Source: Vitrella brassicaformis CCMP3155
Lineage: Eukaryota; Protista; Chromerida
Reading direction: 5' to 3'
Assembly: GCA_001179505.1 (NCBI GenBank)
Contig: CDMY01000493.1
Location: 1-64,000, forward strand
DNA length: 64,000 nucleotides
Positions 24,498 to 37,287 of this stretch are shown piece by piece (within the stretch, counting starts at the first letter, position 1; every line of letters begins with the position of its first letter). Below the pieces are notes generated by a model. The model worked only from the letters and a program-made list of their open reading frames with translations. It was not told the origin of the DNA and did not search any database. The position numbers and the translations under genes were made by a program.

Positions 24498-27355
24498 CTA
24501 GTGTAGTACATGCAGGTCATGCTGCTGCCTGAGCCTTCTCAGGTAGTGTAGCAGCAGCTGCCCCACCCTCTCTAGCGAGTACCTCTCCACCATCACCGCA
24601 CGACCCCTCTCGCCCATGCGCCCGTAGCCAACCACATCGCTCTCAGACAATGACAGCATCTCCTGCACACATATCAACCCACACACACGACCTCACATAA
24701 GTACATGTCTCTCTCTCCCTATTTCTCTGTTGCTCACCCTCAGTCGTGTCTTGAGGCTTTCCCTGTCGACCTCAGCCCATCTGTGTTCCTTGTAGGGCCC
24801 ACTGTTGATCTGGCTAAGACCGCTGAGGGCCACCTCCATGGCACACTCACTGGTGAGGTACGCCGAGGGGCCGCCCCAGAAGTGCGTTATCACCCGCCGC
24901 TGCATCGACAGCGACTCAACCAGTGGGCGGCCCCACCCCTCCCCCCTGCACACACACACACACAGAGAGAGAGAGGACGAGAGACAGAGATACCATGCAC
25001 CAGAAACCATTCACACGGCCTTCTCGTCTGTGGGTTAGCCACCGTGCCGTATGGACAAGGGCGGTGCTGATTGTGCCATAGAGCGCCCTCAGCTGCCGGT
25101 CGCTGACGCGGTTGACAAACACTACCGACGGCAGCCATGCGGACAAATCGCCCGAAGACGACTGCGCCGTCAGCTTCCTCTCAATCAGCGGCTGGTAGGC
25201 CGCATAGTGCTGGTCGACGGCACGCAGAGGCTCGCTGTCGGGGTGGTTGCCGAATAGGTTGGCGACCACCACCAGACAGATGTCGCCGGGCCTGATGGCG
25301 GCCGTGGTGTTGCCTGTGGTGTTTGCTGATGCGAAGGCGAAGGCCTCGATAAAGGCGGGGATCATCAGGTCGTAGGCCTTTCTCGGCTCCCACTTGCCCA
25401 CAGCCAGGAAAACCTTCCTGCAGCTGCCAGAACTCATGGGCACGCGAGCGCCCTCGCCCTCAGTCTGCACCTCCTCCCTCTCCACCAAGCTCTCTCCCTT
25501 GTCCTCGCGCACGACGCCATTTTCCTGTCCACGCCCGCCGAAGGCAGTCTCCTTCTCTGCATGGTACTCGACATAGGTGTCTTCGTCCTCGCTGAACGGC
25601 GACACAGGCGATGGTGGCTGACGAGAGATGGAGCCGTTGGCGTGCACCAGGAGAGACATGACGTCCACCAGGCTCTGCTGTGTGTGGTTGGCGGAGGGGC
25701 GGACTGTCTGGGAAAGGGAAATAAGAGAGGGGGCGGATCCTCCTGCTGCTGCTGCTCCTGCTGCTGCTGGGGGGTGGCGGGGGGTAAGAGGGAGAGGAAG
25801 CGCCACTTGCCGGCTCTTCCTGGCATCCTGTTCTGCTCGCAGCCTGACCAACAAAAGATACACAGGAGTGAGCGTAACAGATGCAAGAGATGGAATCCCG
25901 CCTGCTCACCTTTCTACCAGTTTCCGCGTATCTGCAATGTCATCATCAGTGACTCTCCCCGGGTCCCAGAAGGTGGTGTCCACCTGCTTCAACAAATGGA
26001 CACTCTGGCGGCTGCAGCTCCACGAGCGACGCGCAAAAGCAGCGCGACCACATCGCGCTTACCCCCTCGGGAAGGACCTGTATGCGGGACAGTGGCACCC
26101 CCGCCGCCGCAAACACACTCGCACTCCAGTTGGTCGGCACCCACAGCTCTTGCAGGTCACGGAGACGGTCCAGCCAGTCGATGGGCACACGATCAGTCTC
26201 AAACATGGTCCTGCAGGCGCACACACAGAGAAGAAGAGACGGATTGCGTGCACGCGTCGTGTTCGTATGGACCGGCCGACAATGATGGTGTCGGGATCAG
26301 AGGTCGAGTGGGCTCGGTGGGCATGGTGCGAGAGGGAAAAGGCGCTTCAGAGCCACTGGGCTGTCTCGCCGGGACACCCATGCGGGCGGCTGAGAGTGGC
26401 AGATAACAATGGCAGGGATTGAGAGATCAGTCACGGACGTCACGGGGGAGCCGCCTGGCCCGTCCCTCTGTGTCTGCAAGTGCCAGCCGCCGTCATAGCT
26501 CCATGGCCGATGGGCGAACGGGCCGCCACCCACTAGACGGACGAACACCACAACATACACAACATGCAGACGGATCTAGTGTCTGTCTCACACCGAGTGT
26601 TCTCCAGACGTCGTCAATAGTGGTGGGAGTTGTGTCCCGTCTCCTCTCCTCCCTCATCTGCAGGTCGCCTGGCCGCAGCACCAGGGGCGCCAGCCGTGTG
26701 AGCGACGATTTGAGGCTCTCGACGTAAGCTCGGTCGACGGCGCCGCCGTGCTGCAGGATGGAGAGGTCGAACTCTTGTGTGAAGGCTGGCTGGTACAGCA
26801 GGGACAGCACGTAGGAAGTGGCCTCTGTGCAATAGCCTCCCCCTGAACACATCCATGACCAGAATGAATGAATGAATGACTCCCTCCCTCCCTCCCTCTA
26901 TATAAGTAGGCGTCATTTGTTTTCTAACCTGTGAAGAACGGTGCGTGCCAGTAGACCTGGCACTTCGTCGACGCCGTGCCGCCCCTGCCGCGAGCGTCCA
27001 ATGACATCCGATGGCCTCTCGCCCTGTCCAAAGCCACCATCAGCACTGCAAAGTGTGCCACGTTCTGCCACTTTCTGCCACGTGGTGGGTCCTCTCTTTT
27101 CCTTCGTCGTGGTGGGCCTGGTGGTGTTGGGGCAGTAGCATCAGGTTCTGCTTCCAGTGTGTGTGCAGAGGAGCATGGCGGCGGATGTGTGGCTTGGCAC
27201 TGTGCGGTAACGCACACAGAAGAGGGTTTGCAGTGGTGCAAGGAAGAGGGGATGTGGGCCTCTCTTCTTGACGCCATGTCGGGGCTGCTTCTGCTGAAGT
27301 TCAGCGCATGCATCGCTCCGAGTCTTAACGCTGGGGGTGACATGGGGGCTCGCAT
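24498..27355 (-). CDS. Glycosyltransferase family 4 (GT-B, group 1) protein; 5' end uncertain
   Basis: Motifs YWHAPFFT|GGGYCTEATSYV, IVICHSQPPAW, MFETDRVP, ELWVPTNWS, FLAVGKWEPRKAYDLM, EGWGRPLVESLSM and HRWAEVD, typical of a plant/algal GT4 subfamily. Confidence 0.88.
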
Positions 27356-28519
27356 GCATGCCAGTTGAGACTGCCAGTGGCCATGTCCACGTCTTTTGCT
27401 TGTTTGCCCAGTTGGGCCTCGTCGTTCTTGTCTCTTCCCTCCTCACGAAGCTCGCTAGACAGATCCAAGTAGATAGAGCAGGTCGTTGACTGGTCGATTG
27501 ACTTCCCTTTCGATCGGCATTGTGCAGCTGCAGCCAGCCAGGCCTCCTGACTCTCCATGGCATATATATGATTGGGTGCGTGAGTGAGTGCGTTGTGTGA
27601 GTGCGCGTGTGTTCTCTTGGCGGTGCATAGCTGTGAGGCGCGTTTGTGTAGTGCCTGCAGCTGAGATGAGACACGGACCCGCCCCCGCGTGTGTCACGTG
27701 AACCAATCGTTCTTGAATGAATCTGTGAGCTTCACCAGACAGCATCGAAGTCACTTGCCGGATAGCATTGCGTGCACGCAGGACCTTAGGGCTTTCCTGT
27801 CTGTCTTCTCTGTGTGTGCTCGTGCGCAGAACGGTCCCCGCCGCATTCATGTCATGCAATCCCAGCGACGACCTGTAGGAAACAAGAAAGGTCACACTCA
27901 GTCTCAGACATGACGAGGAATCAAAAACTGGACACAGTCTGCAGCGAAAGGCTACACACAGAAAAAATGGGCATGCAAGCCGGCTCATCTGGGGCGACGC
28001 CGGTTGGCCCACGCGGAAAAAACCCTCCGGACGACACACACACACACAAAGTTACAGACCATTCCCACCCCCCTGGCGCCCACCCATGCAAGTGCTGTCA
28101 GGAGATGGACTCAGGCCATCTGTCTAGGACACTGTCTCTCTGTTTGTGCGTCAAAACCCCCTTGCAAGTGTCTGTATACGCAATGCATATGGGGGAAAAG
28201 AAATCATGTAAGTAAGTACGAGGTGTCCCGCTGCGAACTGGGAGGCGGGATCGGTGTCCATGCTGATTTGCTGGTCATTGGGTGGAATGGCTTCAGCTGC
28301 AGGGGCTCCACTGTTGCCGAGCGGGTGCGCTTACGGCTGCATGTAAGGAGCGGAGACACAAACCAGTGGGAGCTATCTTCGTGTCTCTGGCTGCATATGT
28401 GTCTGTATCGCGCACTCGTATTCGAGAAAACTCCCCGTCCGCACCAGACCCCACCATTGTATATATCTGGCACACACACGTGTGTCGAGAGGGAGGCCCG
28501 TATGACGGTTGTATGTCTC

Positions 28520-29593
28520 CTAGTTGAGTCTGGCTGACCGGATGATGGCGTTGTTGAGATGGGTGAGATCGTCTTTGCTGAACAATGGCCGCAGCACTGA
28601 GAGCCTTTTGGAAGGAGATACAGGCGGCAAACCTACAAGCAACACTGAAAGAGCAGACAGAAGAGACAAGGACGTGTTCACATTCAAACCCCAGTCACTC
28701 ACCATCCATGCTGGCCAGCTTCTGCATCATCTTCCTGCTATGCCCCGCAACCGGCGCCCCCTTCTTGGGGTCCTTGATCGTCCGCGATAGGTCCATTTTC
28801 ATTCGCTCAGCGACAGGAAACCTTCTTCTGTGGTCGTCTTCCTCGTCGATACATGGGGACTGTCGGGGATCGAGGTTGAACCGCAGGGCAGGCGGGGTGG
28901 TGCTTTCGACGACGCGAAGCTTCGACAGACACGAGCAGATGAGCTCCACCAAAATCACAAACACCTCCACTGCAGGTAGGGGAAAGGGTAAGCACCACGC
29001 CTAAATGAACCCTACTGAGGGGGTTGGCCGAGTGCTGCGCATACTTGATAGCTTCTCTTGCGGTTCTATCTTCCGGAGCACGTCGATTTCCTCGAAAGCT
29101 AAAGAGAAGTTGGATATCGGATACGCCAACAGCTGCACATCGGAACAACACAACACAACACGCCGCCTTCACGTGTTTCGTGTGGCTCTCTCTTTGCCTT
29201 TCCGATGAAAACCACTGCGTTGACGTGAATCTGGTAAGAGGGGGGAAACAAGACAATCAGCAAACCGTGCAGTGCTGCTTTCATTGTCTTACCTGGTCAC
29301 AGAGCCTCCCAAAATCAGGCAGCGAAAGGCGGACCTTAACACCACCCAACCACACACAAACATTGACACACGAAGGACCCTCTCTTCTCCGCTCCCTCCC
29401 ACACGCACCTGGCACTCAAGAGCGATAAGGAATCTCCCACACGCTTCGTACTGTTCGCAAAAGTGCAACAATCCTTCTCTCAGCGACGCTGGGGGAGGCG
29501 GGGGTGAGAGCAGGTGCCACCGACACACATTGGACCGTATGTGCTCCTTCTCCACCACAGCCACAGGCGCCGCCCCACCAGAGGCCGACTCAT
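28520..29593 (-). CDS. Hypothetical protein, possibly mitochondrion-targeted
   Basis: Exons join in frame: ...ASLREGLLHFCEQYEACGRFLIALECQ|VRLSLPDFGRLCDQ|LLAYPISNFSLAFEEIDVLRKIEPQEKLS|MEVFVILVELICSC...|GLPPVSPSKR...SARLN*. The best ATG (MSRPLVGRRLWLWWRR) needs a 47-nt intron. Confidence 0.6.
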
Positions 29594-29734
29594 CTGTCGA
29601 CAAGGAATCAAGACTGAGTGTGCCGCTTATTCCTCGCGAGGACCTCCCCGCTGGTCGGGCCCCCAGATCGGTGCCCGCCGCGGTTGGGGTTTCTCCCTTC
29701 CCTCCCTTCTGAAGTTTTCTGTCCCGAGAGAAAG

Positions 29735-30106
29735 ATGAAGAGGGCCTCCACGTCAACACAAGTCGGCGTCAAAAGCCTAGCCGAGCTCTTCGCCGAAGCC
29801 AAGTGCGTCGGCAGCGCTCACGAGTACGAGGCCGAGTGCGTCGCTGGCGGCCTGACGCTGGATTATTTGCTCGCTTCGAAGGTGCTGATAGAGGACTTCC
29901 CCAGGGTTGTGTGCCACAGTGATCGGATGGCAATATTGGCGGCACTAGAGGGCACCAAGCGGATCAAACGGGGAGAGACCAATGTGGCGCTGGGGGAGAG
30001 TGGTGGGTCTGCTGCTGCTGGGAAGGGGGAGGGGCCAATCAAGCTGAGGTCTGCTGACATGGTTGATGTTAAGCCGGTCAGTCGACACTGGGCCTACCCT
30101 CGATGA
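29735..30106 (+). CDS. Short hypothetical ORF with a SAM-like helical segment (possibly a first exon or a fragment)
   Basis: ATG at 29735 and strong third-position GC codon bias on the + strand. Sequence LAELFAEAK...LTLDYLLASKVLIEDFPRVVCHSDRMAILAALE. A possible donor gtcagt lies at about 30077. Confidence 0.45.
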   Translation: MKRASTSTQVGVKSLAELFAEAKCVGSAHEYEAECVAGGLTLDYLLASKVLIEDFPRVVCHSDRMAILAALEGTKRIKRGETNVALGESGGSAAAGKGEGPIKLRSADMVDVKPVSRHWAYPR

Positions 30107-30341
30107 AAGATGAGCCAAGGGATCGTGGTGGGTATGGTGAATGGACTCACAGACATGATGTGTTCGGTTCGTGTCGCCTGACCTTACTGAAGTTTCTACG
30201 GCCGGATGAGACGCATAATGCTGCAGCCCAGCCCCATCAATCTGATCTATACAGAGAGAGGCAGGGCAGGGCAGGGCAGGGCAGGGCGTGGCAGGGCACT
30301 GCACTGCACTGCACACATGCACCCAATAATTGACTGAGACG

Positions 30342-32500
30342 TCAGCCGGTCGCTGAACTGTACATCTCCCTTGTCGCCTCTGAAGTCACACCATGATCGA
30401 GACCCCTACCATCCTCCCAAGCATCACGCAGTGCACCCTCATCCCCGGGCTCATCTCCCTGCCCGTTGTCGGGCACGGCCTCCATCTGTGTCGGCTCTCC
30501 TTCTTGTGTTCGTGTCTCTGTCATGGCAGCTTTCTCGGCATCTGCATCTGGCTGTGGTGGGTGGGTGTGTTGTTGTCGTTCTGGAGGGTGTATGTTGTCG
30601 TTGTTAAGCACCGAACGAATGGCCGCGATCAGCTCATCTTCGGTCGGCACATCTGACAATGAAATGAGTGAACGGACAGGGTGGGGACATGGATGTGCAG
30701 GAAAAGTTCCAAAAGTTACCAATCAAAGGACAGATGTCGTGCAGGCGGCCAACGATCTGCACTCAGGCAGACAGACGCATTCCCATGATGGATGCGATGC
30801 GCGTGAGTGGAAGCTGGGCAGATGAGTGCCTCTGTCTGTCTCACCTACCTCTCTGAACAGCGGCACGTACTTCGACCCCATCGCTGCCAGGTCGCAGGCC
30901 ACCCGGGCGATGTCGGCCTGGGGGAAGGCATCAACGAGGCTCTCAGCACGCAGGGCCAATGCCTGACGCTCACACATACACAGATAAAGAGAGATAAAAT
31001 GTTGGCTCATTCGGAAGAAAATGTGTGTGTCCATCCACTCACTCACCTGTGTGACATCGTCGTTGGCCATGTGCAGCTGCCGGAGCGACCTGGCGATGCG
31101 AACAACAGCGCGATGCCTGGTTGGACACCCGAAGAGACACATAGGGGCACCCGGCAACACACAAAGACATGCATGTGTGGCTGGTCAGTCTTTCGATGTC
31201 AAGATTACGTGAGATAGGGGCATCTGGGCAGGACGCCTTGGGTCAGCACGGCATCCAACAGCTCCCCCGGCTGCACAGTACATGCATACACACCCACACA
31301 CATATGCCATCGACCAGACCAGTGTGTCTCCCCCCTTGCTCTCCTCACCGCAATGCCGATGATGGGGAGGGCTTCCAGCAGATCGACCGTCTCCCACAGC
31401 GTCAACAAGCCGCCCTAGATGAACCGAACACACACATCCATGTCGATATGATGCGGCCCAGGTCTATGTCATCTGTTCACCTTTGCGCAACTGTTGAGTG
31501 CCCCCACGGCCGCTTGCAGCATCTCCACTGCCAGCCGCTCAGCATCGGTATCGCCGTCCACTGCGTCAGCCTCTGTGCCCCCATGTTGCTCCTTCCTCGC
31601 GTAATGCAGCTGCAGGAGAGCGAGGCTCGACCCACGCAGCAACGTAATCGCCCCTGCAGTGCACCGGCACGCCCACACAACACATCACATGCATGACAAA
31701 AGATTGCGTGCTTGTTGGGGCGCGTGCATCACACTGACTGACTGACTGGCTGACTGACCTCTGGGTGTGAGCTCATTGCACCTCTCCCTGAAGCTCTCGG
31801 CAACCACTCGCAACAAGCCCCCCATAGGCAGCCCACAAGACGCGCCGGCGTGCAGCCACCCCACCAGCACATCATACTCACACCTCTGCGGATCCAGCGC
31901 CGTCAGCGCATTGTCCAGCCGTGCCGACAACGCCTCAGTGAAGAACGCCAGCATCGCCGGAGAAAGCCCTTGGAGCCGCTGAAACATGTTCAGACACCCG
32001 GCCAGCCTCGTCCAGGAGCACCATTCCACCTGGTCGAATATCGAGCGGTACAGACACTGCAGCACATCGGGGTCGTCCATGACGGCCTCACTGCCCTCCT
32101 TGCTGTCCGCCAGAGCCCGCAGCAGCTTGTGGATCTCATCGGGGCGGAAGTCGGCGGCCTTGGCCTGCGCCTGGAAGAGGATGTCTTTCCAAATGGACGC
32201 GCCGGCTCGCTTCTGCATGTCCGTGTGTCGGCTGAGCTTGTGTGCGTAGTGGGCGAGAACTCGAGGGCGCATGTCGAACACGGAGAGATCAAACGCTGAT
32301 CTCCTGTGTGCAGGGGGATGGAGAGGGGGAGCAGGTACGGCCTCATTGGGGAACGGGGCGCCCGTAGCAGCCGTTGTGAGAGGGCGATGGTAAGCGTGAC
32401 ATGTTGAAGGGAGGAGAGCAGGAAGCAGCGTCAGGTCAGACGGAGCCCAGATCTTGGTCAATCCCCAACATGCCCTCTTCGCCGGTCGCAGTGATGTCAT
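30342..32500 (-). CDS. Alpha-helical repeat protein (RAP/FAST/HPR-like organellar RNA-binding type) with mitochondrial-like presequence
   Basis: Leader MTSLRPAKRACWGLTKIWAP. Repeated Leu/Ala helices (FRPDEIHKLLRALADS, CSWTRLAGCLNMFQRL, LTLWETVDLLEALPII, FPQADIARVACDLAAMG) across about 8 exons. Confidence 0.6.
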
Positions 32501-33067
32501 TAGATCTTCTCTTTGTCAGAGCTAAGCTCGCAGCCGGATCGGCGTCACCGTTGTCCTCCTCCCCCCCTCTTTCCTCCTCAGAGGAGCTTGTGCGATGCGC
32601 AAAGCAGCTAGACGGCCAAGAATATCATGAATTGATTCATTCATTAGCTTTCTTTTTCTGACACACTGTGCTCGTTGTCCTCGGCGACATCCGTGACGCA
32701 TTGATCCATGGCAGACAGACACGCAGACATCGAAGCGTCCTTTGTCGTCTGCACTTGTCTGATGACGACTTCATTTCCCATACGCGGCCACAGAAAAATG
32801 GCCTAGAAACTCAATCAATGTACGAATTGCATCCCACGCACACCGGCCCTCCACCCATCCTCCCACCCCAGACGGATAGCACAGTACAGGAACCGCCGGC
32901 AGCATGTGTGTGCGCGTCTCAAAACACCAAAAACAGACAGCGAATCGACCGATTGACTTACCGCAAACGAGGCAGCGACACGCGACGTGCATTGCAAATA
33001 AAGAGCAGATGATGAAAAACATCCCAGCCCTCCCCCCTTCTCCCCCCTCCCCTCCCCTCGGCTCTGC

Positions 33068-35903
33068 TCAGGTTGACGGCACAGTGACTCCGAGGATGTC
33101 TGAAGCAATCTCGCTGATGTCTTCGATGCCCAGGATGGCGGCAAAGTCGGGGACGAGGATGTTGTCAGGAAGAATCTCACTCTCCCACACGTAGGTGAAC
33201 TTGCCCACGGTGATGGAGTAGAGGAACAGCCGGTCGCCCCCGTCGTCGATGAAGTCCACACCCACACCCACACTGCTCGTCTCCACCTCGGCGGACCCCT
33301 GCGGGACGCCGTCGTCGCCCACACCGGCACCGATCTGGGCGTAGACCTTGCCCAGCCGGCCGAAGCCTACTTGGCCGAATATCTCCTGACTTCCCTCGGG
33401 GTCATCGTCGGGGAAATCGCCGTTGAGCACCAGCTGCCAACCGTCACCCCAGTTGCCTGAGTGAGTGGAGAAATGCAGCAACGAGTTAACAATGTCTTGT
33501 CTAAATGCGTTGATGTCTGTCTGTCACTGTTCGTTCACCTTGAAAGTCAGTCTCTCTTTCGTCAAAGTCTCTGAGGACGGAGAACTGCCTCCCCAGTGTG
33601 CCGACGCTGACGGCGTACTCGGTGTCGTTGACGTCGGCACCGACGGCGACTGAGACGCTCCTCCAGCCCACAAACACCTCGGTGGCCAGCTCCTCATCGT
33701 CGTCGGTCGACGGGTCCTGCACGTCGTCGAAGTCATGCCGCACGGCCACCTCCACGTCGCGCACCTTGACCCGCTGGCCGTAGTCTCTGTCGGAGAAGTC
33801 GATGTTCGTCCCGGACTCCACCCCCCGCGCGACCACCTCCACAGCTGTCTGGGCATCGTCGAAGTCACGGTCGACTCTCACACCGTACGCGCCGTAGGAG
33901 ACGCCCACACCGCCTTCAATGTCCGATTCGTCGGTCGACACGGACACCTGGGCCTTTCCGAAGCCGACGTTGGTCGATGTCGCTCGGTCTTCGAGGCCGA
34001 CACCCACACCCACGTAGCCGTAGTCATTCCCCACCTGCACGGCCGTCTCTCTGTCCTCGAAGTCGCGGCCCCACGTGACCGCCCAGTTGTCGTACACAAT
34101 CTCGTTCGACACCTCTTTAATCGGCTTGCCGCCCAACTCTTTGTCGGAATCGTATCGGAGCGTGTTGCTCCCCAGGAAGGCCGCGGCGAGGAGTGCCGCG
34201 GACACGGCCGCGCGGTCCTTCTCGTCCACTGTGTTGAGGAAGGTGCTGATCTGGCTGACGTCGCCGTTGGCCACCGCGAGGGCGGTCAGGATTTGCTGTC
34301 GCTCCTCTGGGGGGATCTGGTTCAGAAACGCCGCGATGTCCTCGGCCGCGGCGTCGTCCTGCAGCATCTTTGTGACGACGTCGAGGGGGTCTTCTGTCAC
34401 GCTTTTCGACGTTGACAACATCCGCTTCGCTGCGAGCACCGAGCCGGGCTTGAGGGGGCTGAAAGGGTTCTCCCTCTCCACTGTTCGCGTGGCTCCCAGT
34501 TTTCGCATTGATCCGAACTGCGCGAAGGCCGTGGGGCCCATCGCTGCTGCTTGGGCGAAGTGCGATTTCGGCTGTCGGCCCCAGGCACAGATGCTCTCGA
34601 CAGACGGCTTGGTGACGAAGGTGGCCATCATGCACGAGATTGTGTAGCGGTCGTAGTCCTTGAACATCATCGGACGCAAACTGAAGACAATCTCAGCTTC
34701 TGCCAGGAAGACACAACACACAGAGAGAGTGGAATGCACATATCATATGGACGATCTGTGTGTGCGTGCGGGCTGGTGTCGATCAGCGCACCTGAGTCCT
34801 CCGTCCCCCCGCCACTCTGCAGCTTGATGACTTTGAAATGCACGTCCTTGTTGATGGGACACCCATTGAGAATCAGATGGTACACGCAACGCGGGTTGCT
34901 CGACTGTCGGCCCTCCGGACACACCGCCGTGCACTCCATCGGCCACGGCCAGACGTCCTCTCCCGCACCGTTGACCGTCGATTCGAAAATCATCCCACTG
35001 ACACGAGACGGAGAGACACAGACAGAGAGACGGGACAGATGAGGGGAGAGTGGCGGGCGGTCGCGTCGTCTGTCTCGCTCACTCGTCGTCATTGGTGGTG
35101 GCAGTGTTGAATTCAGTGCCGCCGATCACCCCGGCAGAGAGCATGTGTCCCGTCACGGCGGCCTTGACGAACTTGGGCATCTTCTTGCTGCCCTCGTACG
35201 CCTCCTTCGACGTCGTCTTGTGCTCCCACTTGGCCGTCGCCAGACATCCGCCCGAGCCATCGCCCACCGGATCCGGCCGGTTGTCGTTGGTGCTCTGCAG
35301 CCGCCTTCTGTCCCCTTGAGCATTGGTGGTGCGTGGGCATGCGCATGTGATAATGGCGTTGTTCTCAGGGCCATGGACGCGGAGAACGTTGACATAGTAC
35401 ACGTACCTGTCCGTGACCGTCTTCTTGGTCTTGCACCCGTCGTACGTGGTCGAGGCCGCCAGTGCGTGTCGGCCCGGCCCGTAGAAGTCCTCCACCCAGT
35501 GGGCCACGCACCTCTTGTCGCTGATGGCGTCGTGGAAGCCTCCAGGGAACTTGCCCTCAAACGCGGGGTTGCGCGCCATGGGGACGGCCGCCGTCATCTT
35601 CTCGTCGGAGCACCACGCGCCTGGCGGCACCTTCTTGGGCAGGCCAGTCCTTTCCAGCCTCTCGCGATGGGAGATGTACTGGCTGGGGTCGAATTTGGCT
35701 TTCTGTGGCCCGCGCAGCTTCGGCCCATCTGGCTCGGGGACGCCTTTGATGGGTGGCGGTGGCGGTGGTGGCGGTGGTTGATATGGGCGGTCGGGGGGTG
35801 GAGGCGGCATGAAAGGACCGAGGAACGAGCCCCTGCCGGGGTCTGCACGGGCGATGATGGGCAGCAGGAGAGGCACGAGGACGCTGACACGGAGACGGCC
35901 CAT
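33068..35903 (-). CDS. Large secreted protein: signal peptide, Pro-rich arm, ZP-like module, C-terminal beta-strand repeats
   Basis: Leader MGRLRVSVLVPLLLPIIARA. Four exons join ORFs 35079-35951, 34667-35092, 33501-34739 and 33068-33481 in frame. The Cys pattern matches ZP-N and ZP-C (see findings). Confidence 0.85.
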
Positions 35904-36611
35904 GGCTGCCGGCGGGAGAAAGAAAGAAATTTTCAAAGTTGAACATACCACAATTGTCCCCCAAGTTGAGCTCGCAGTCCCTCCAGCGGATTCTCCGAGA
36001 GCCGTTCAAGCAGTGCGTCGGTCCTTCCCCTTCTTCTCCCGTTCCCCCAACTGTTTTCCTGCTGCATGCAGTCACTTCCACCAAGTCACGTGCCAAGAGA
36101 AAGTGACAGCAACGAGCCAGCCAGCCAGCCAGCCACTTAGTCACACTATGACACGCACCAAGTGGATGGATGGACGGATGGATGGACATACAGACAGACA
36201 GCAGGATTACAAACAAATACACACACACACATACACATAGACACCCTTCCCCGAGTCACGTTACGGTATCGACATGAAGACGCATGCATGAGCTACCTAC
36301 ATACACGGGAACGCATCCACAGACACCCACTCATACAGACAGACAGACAGACAGACAGACAGAAAACACGACAGGCAGGCAGGTAGAGAGACACGCAGAG
36401 TCGGCTGACGTGACAGACGACGCAGAGACAGACGGGCGCTTTACCTCGCCCTTCCACCCTCACGCCTACCGCCACGTCTGCCGTCTGCGTGTCAGCCTCA
36501 CTCGTTGGTCGGTTAGTTGAAAAAGAGCAAAAAGACGCCACACCCACACAAGACACCAGCACCAGCAGCAGCAGATCCATGTCCCTCACCCACCCCCAAC
36601 ATAGATAGCAT

Positions 36612-37254
36612 CTACACGATCACCCCCTCAACGCATTTCTTGGCCTCCGCCACGACCGTGTCGGCATTGCCTGCACAGCTGGCCCGCACAAAGGCCTCCG
36701 TCTTCTGCGCCACCAGCTCCCATATGGCCTTCTGGTCGGCCAGCCGGGTGTGCAGGTACGCCACGACCAGTGCTGACAGCAGCACGGCGTCGTCCACACA
36801 CCCACCCACGCCGGCCTTGAGCTCATCGTACTTGGCCGCAGACACGCCCATGACCGACAGCAACTGAGGGGACAACCGGGCAGAGAGGGAGAGAAAGTGA
36901 GAGTCATCTGTGGGCGTGTGCTGTGGGGAGGTACCTTGTCTTTGTCGTTGAGGCTGTATGAGCCGTTGAACTGCTGCATGTCGACCAGCAGAGTGAGCGC
37001 ATCGGTCTCCTTGGCCTTGGCCTTGTCTTGGGGGCGGTCGGCTTTTTTCTGCTCCACCGAATCCATCATGATGTGGTCGGTGTCATCGTCTGCCAACTCC
37101 TCCTCCTCGTCTCTGTCGACCATCGCGCCCTCCGCCCTAACAACATCAATCTCATCGGCCTCAGCAGCCTTGGCCCGCTCGCCGAAGCCTGCGAAGCCAA
37201 AGATCTCCCTGACAAACACAGGCCAAAGCGTCAATCAGTCTCTCCGCACATGTG

Positions 37255-37287
<33 letters not shown>

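Noticed and set aside
29289-29759. ORF-track start at 29759 for the minus-strand gene
   Set aside because: It is a GTG start that would overlap the + strand ORF. An ATG at 29593 with a short intron fits better.
33735-35942. Long + strand ORFs (33735-34415, 34075-34647, 35145-35942)
   Set aside because: They are antisense to the ZP-like gene, whose splice sites, signal peptide and codon bias are all on the minus strand.
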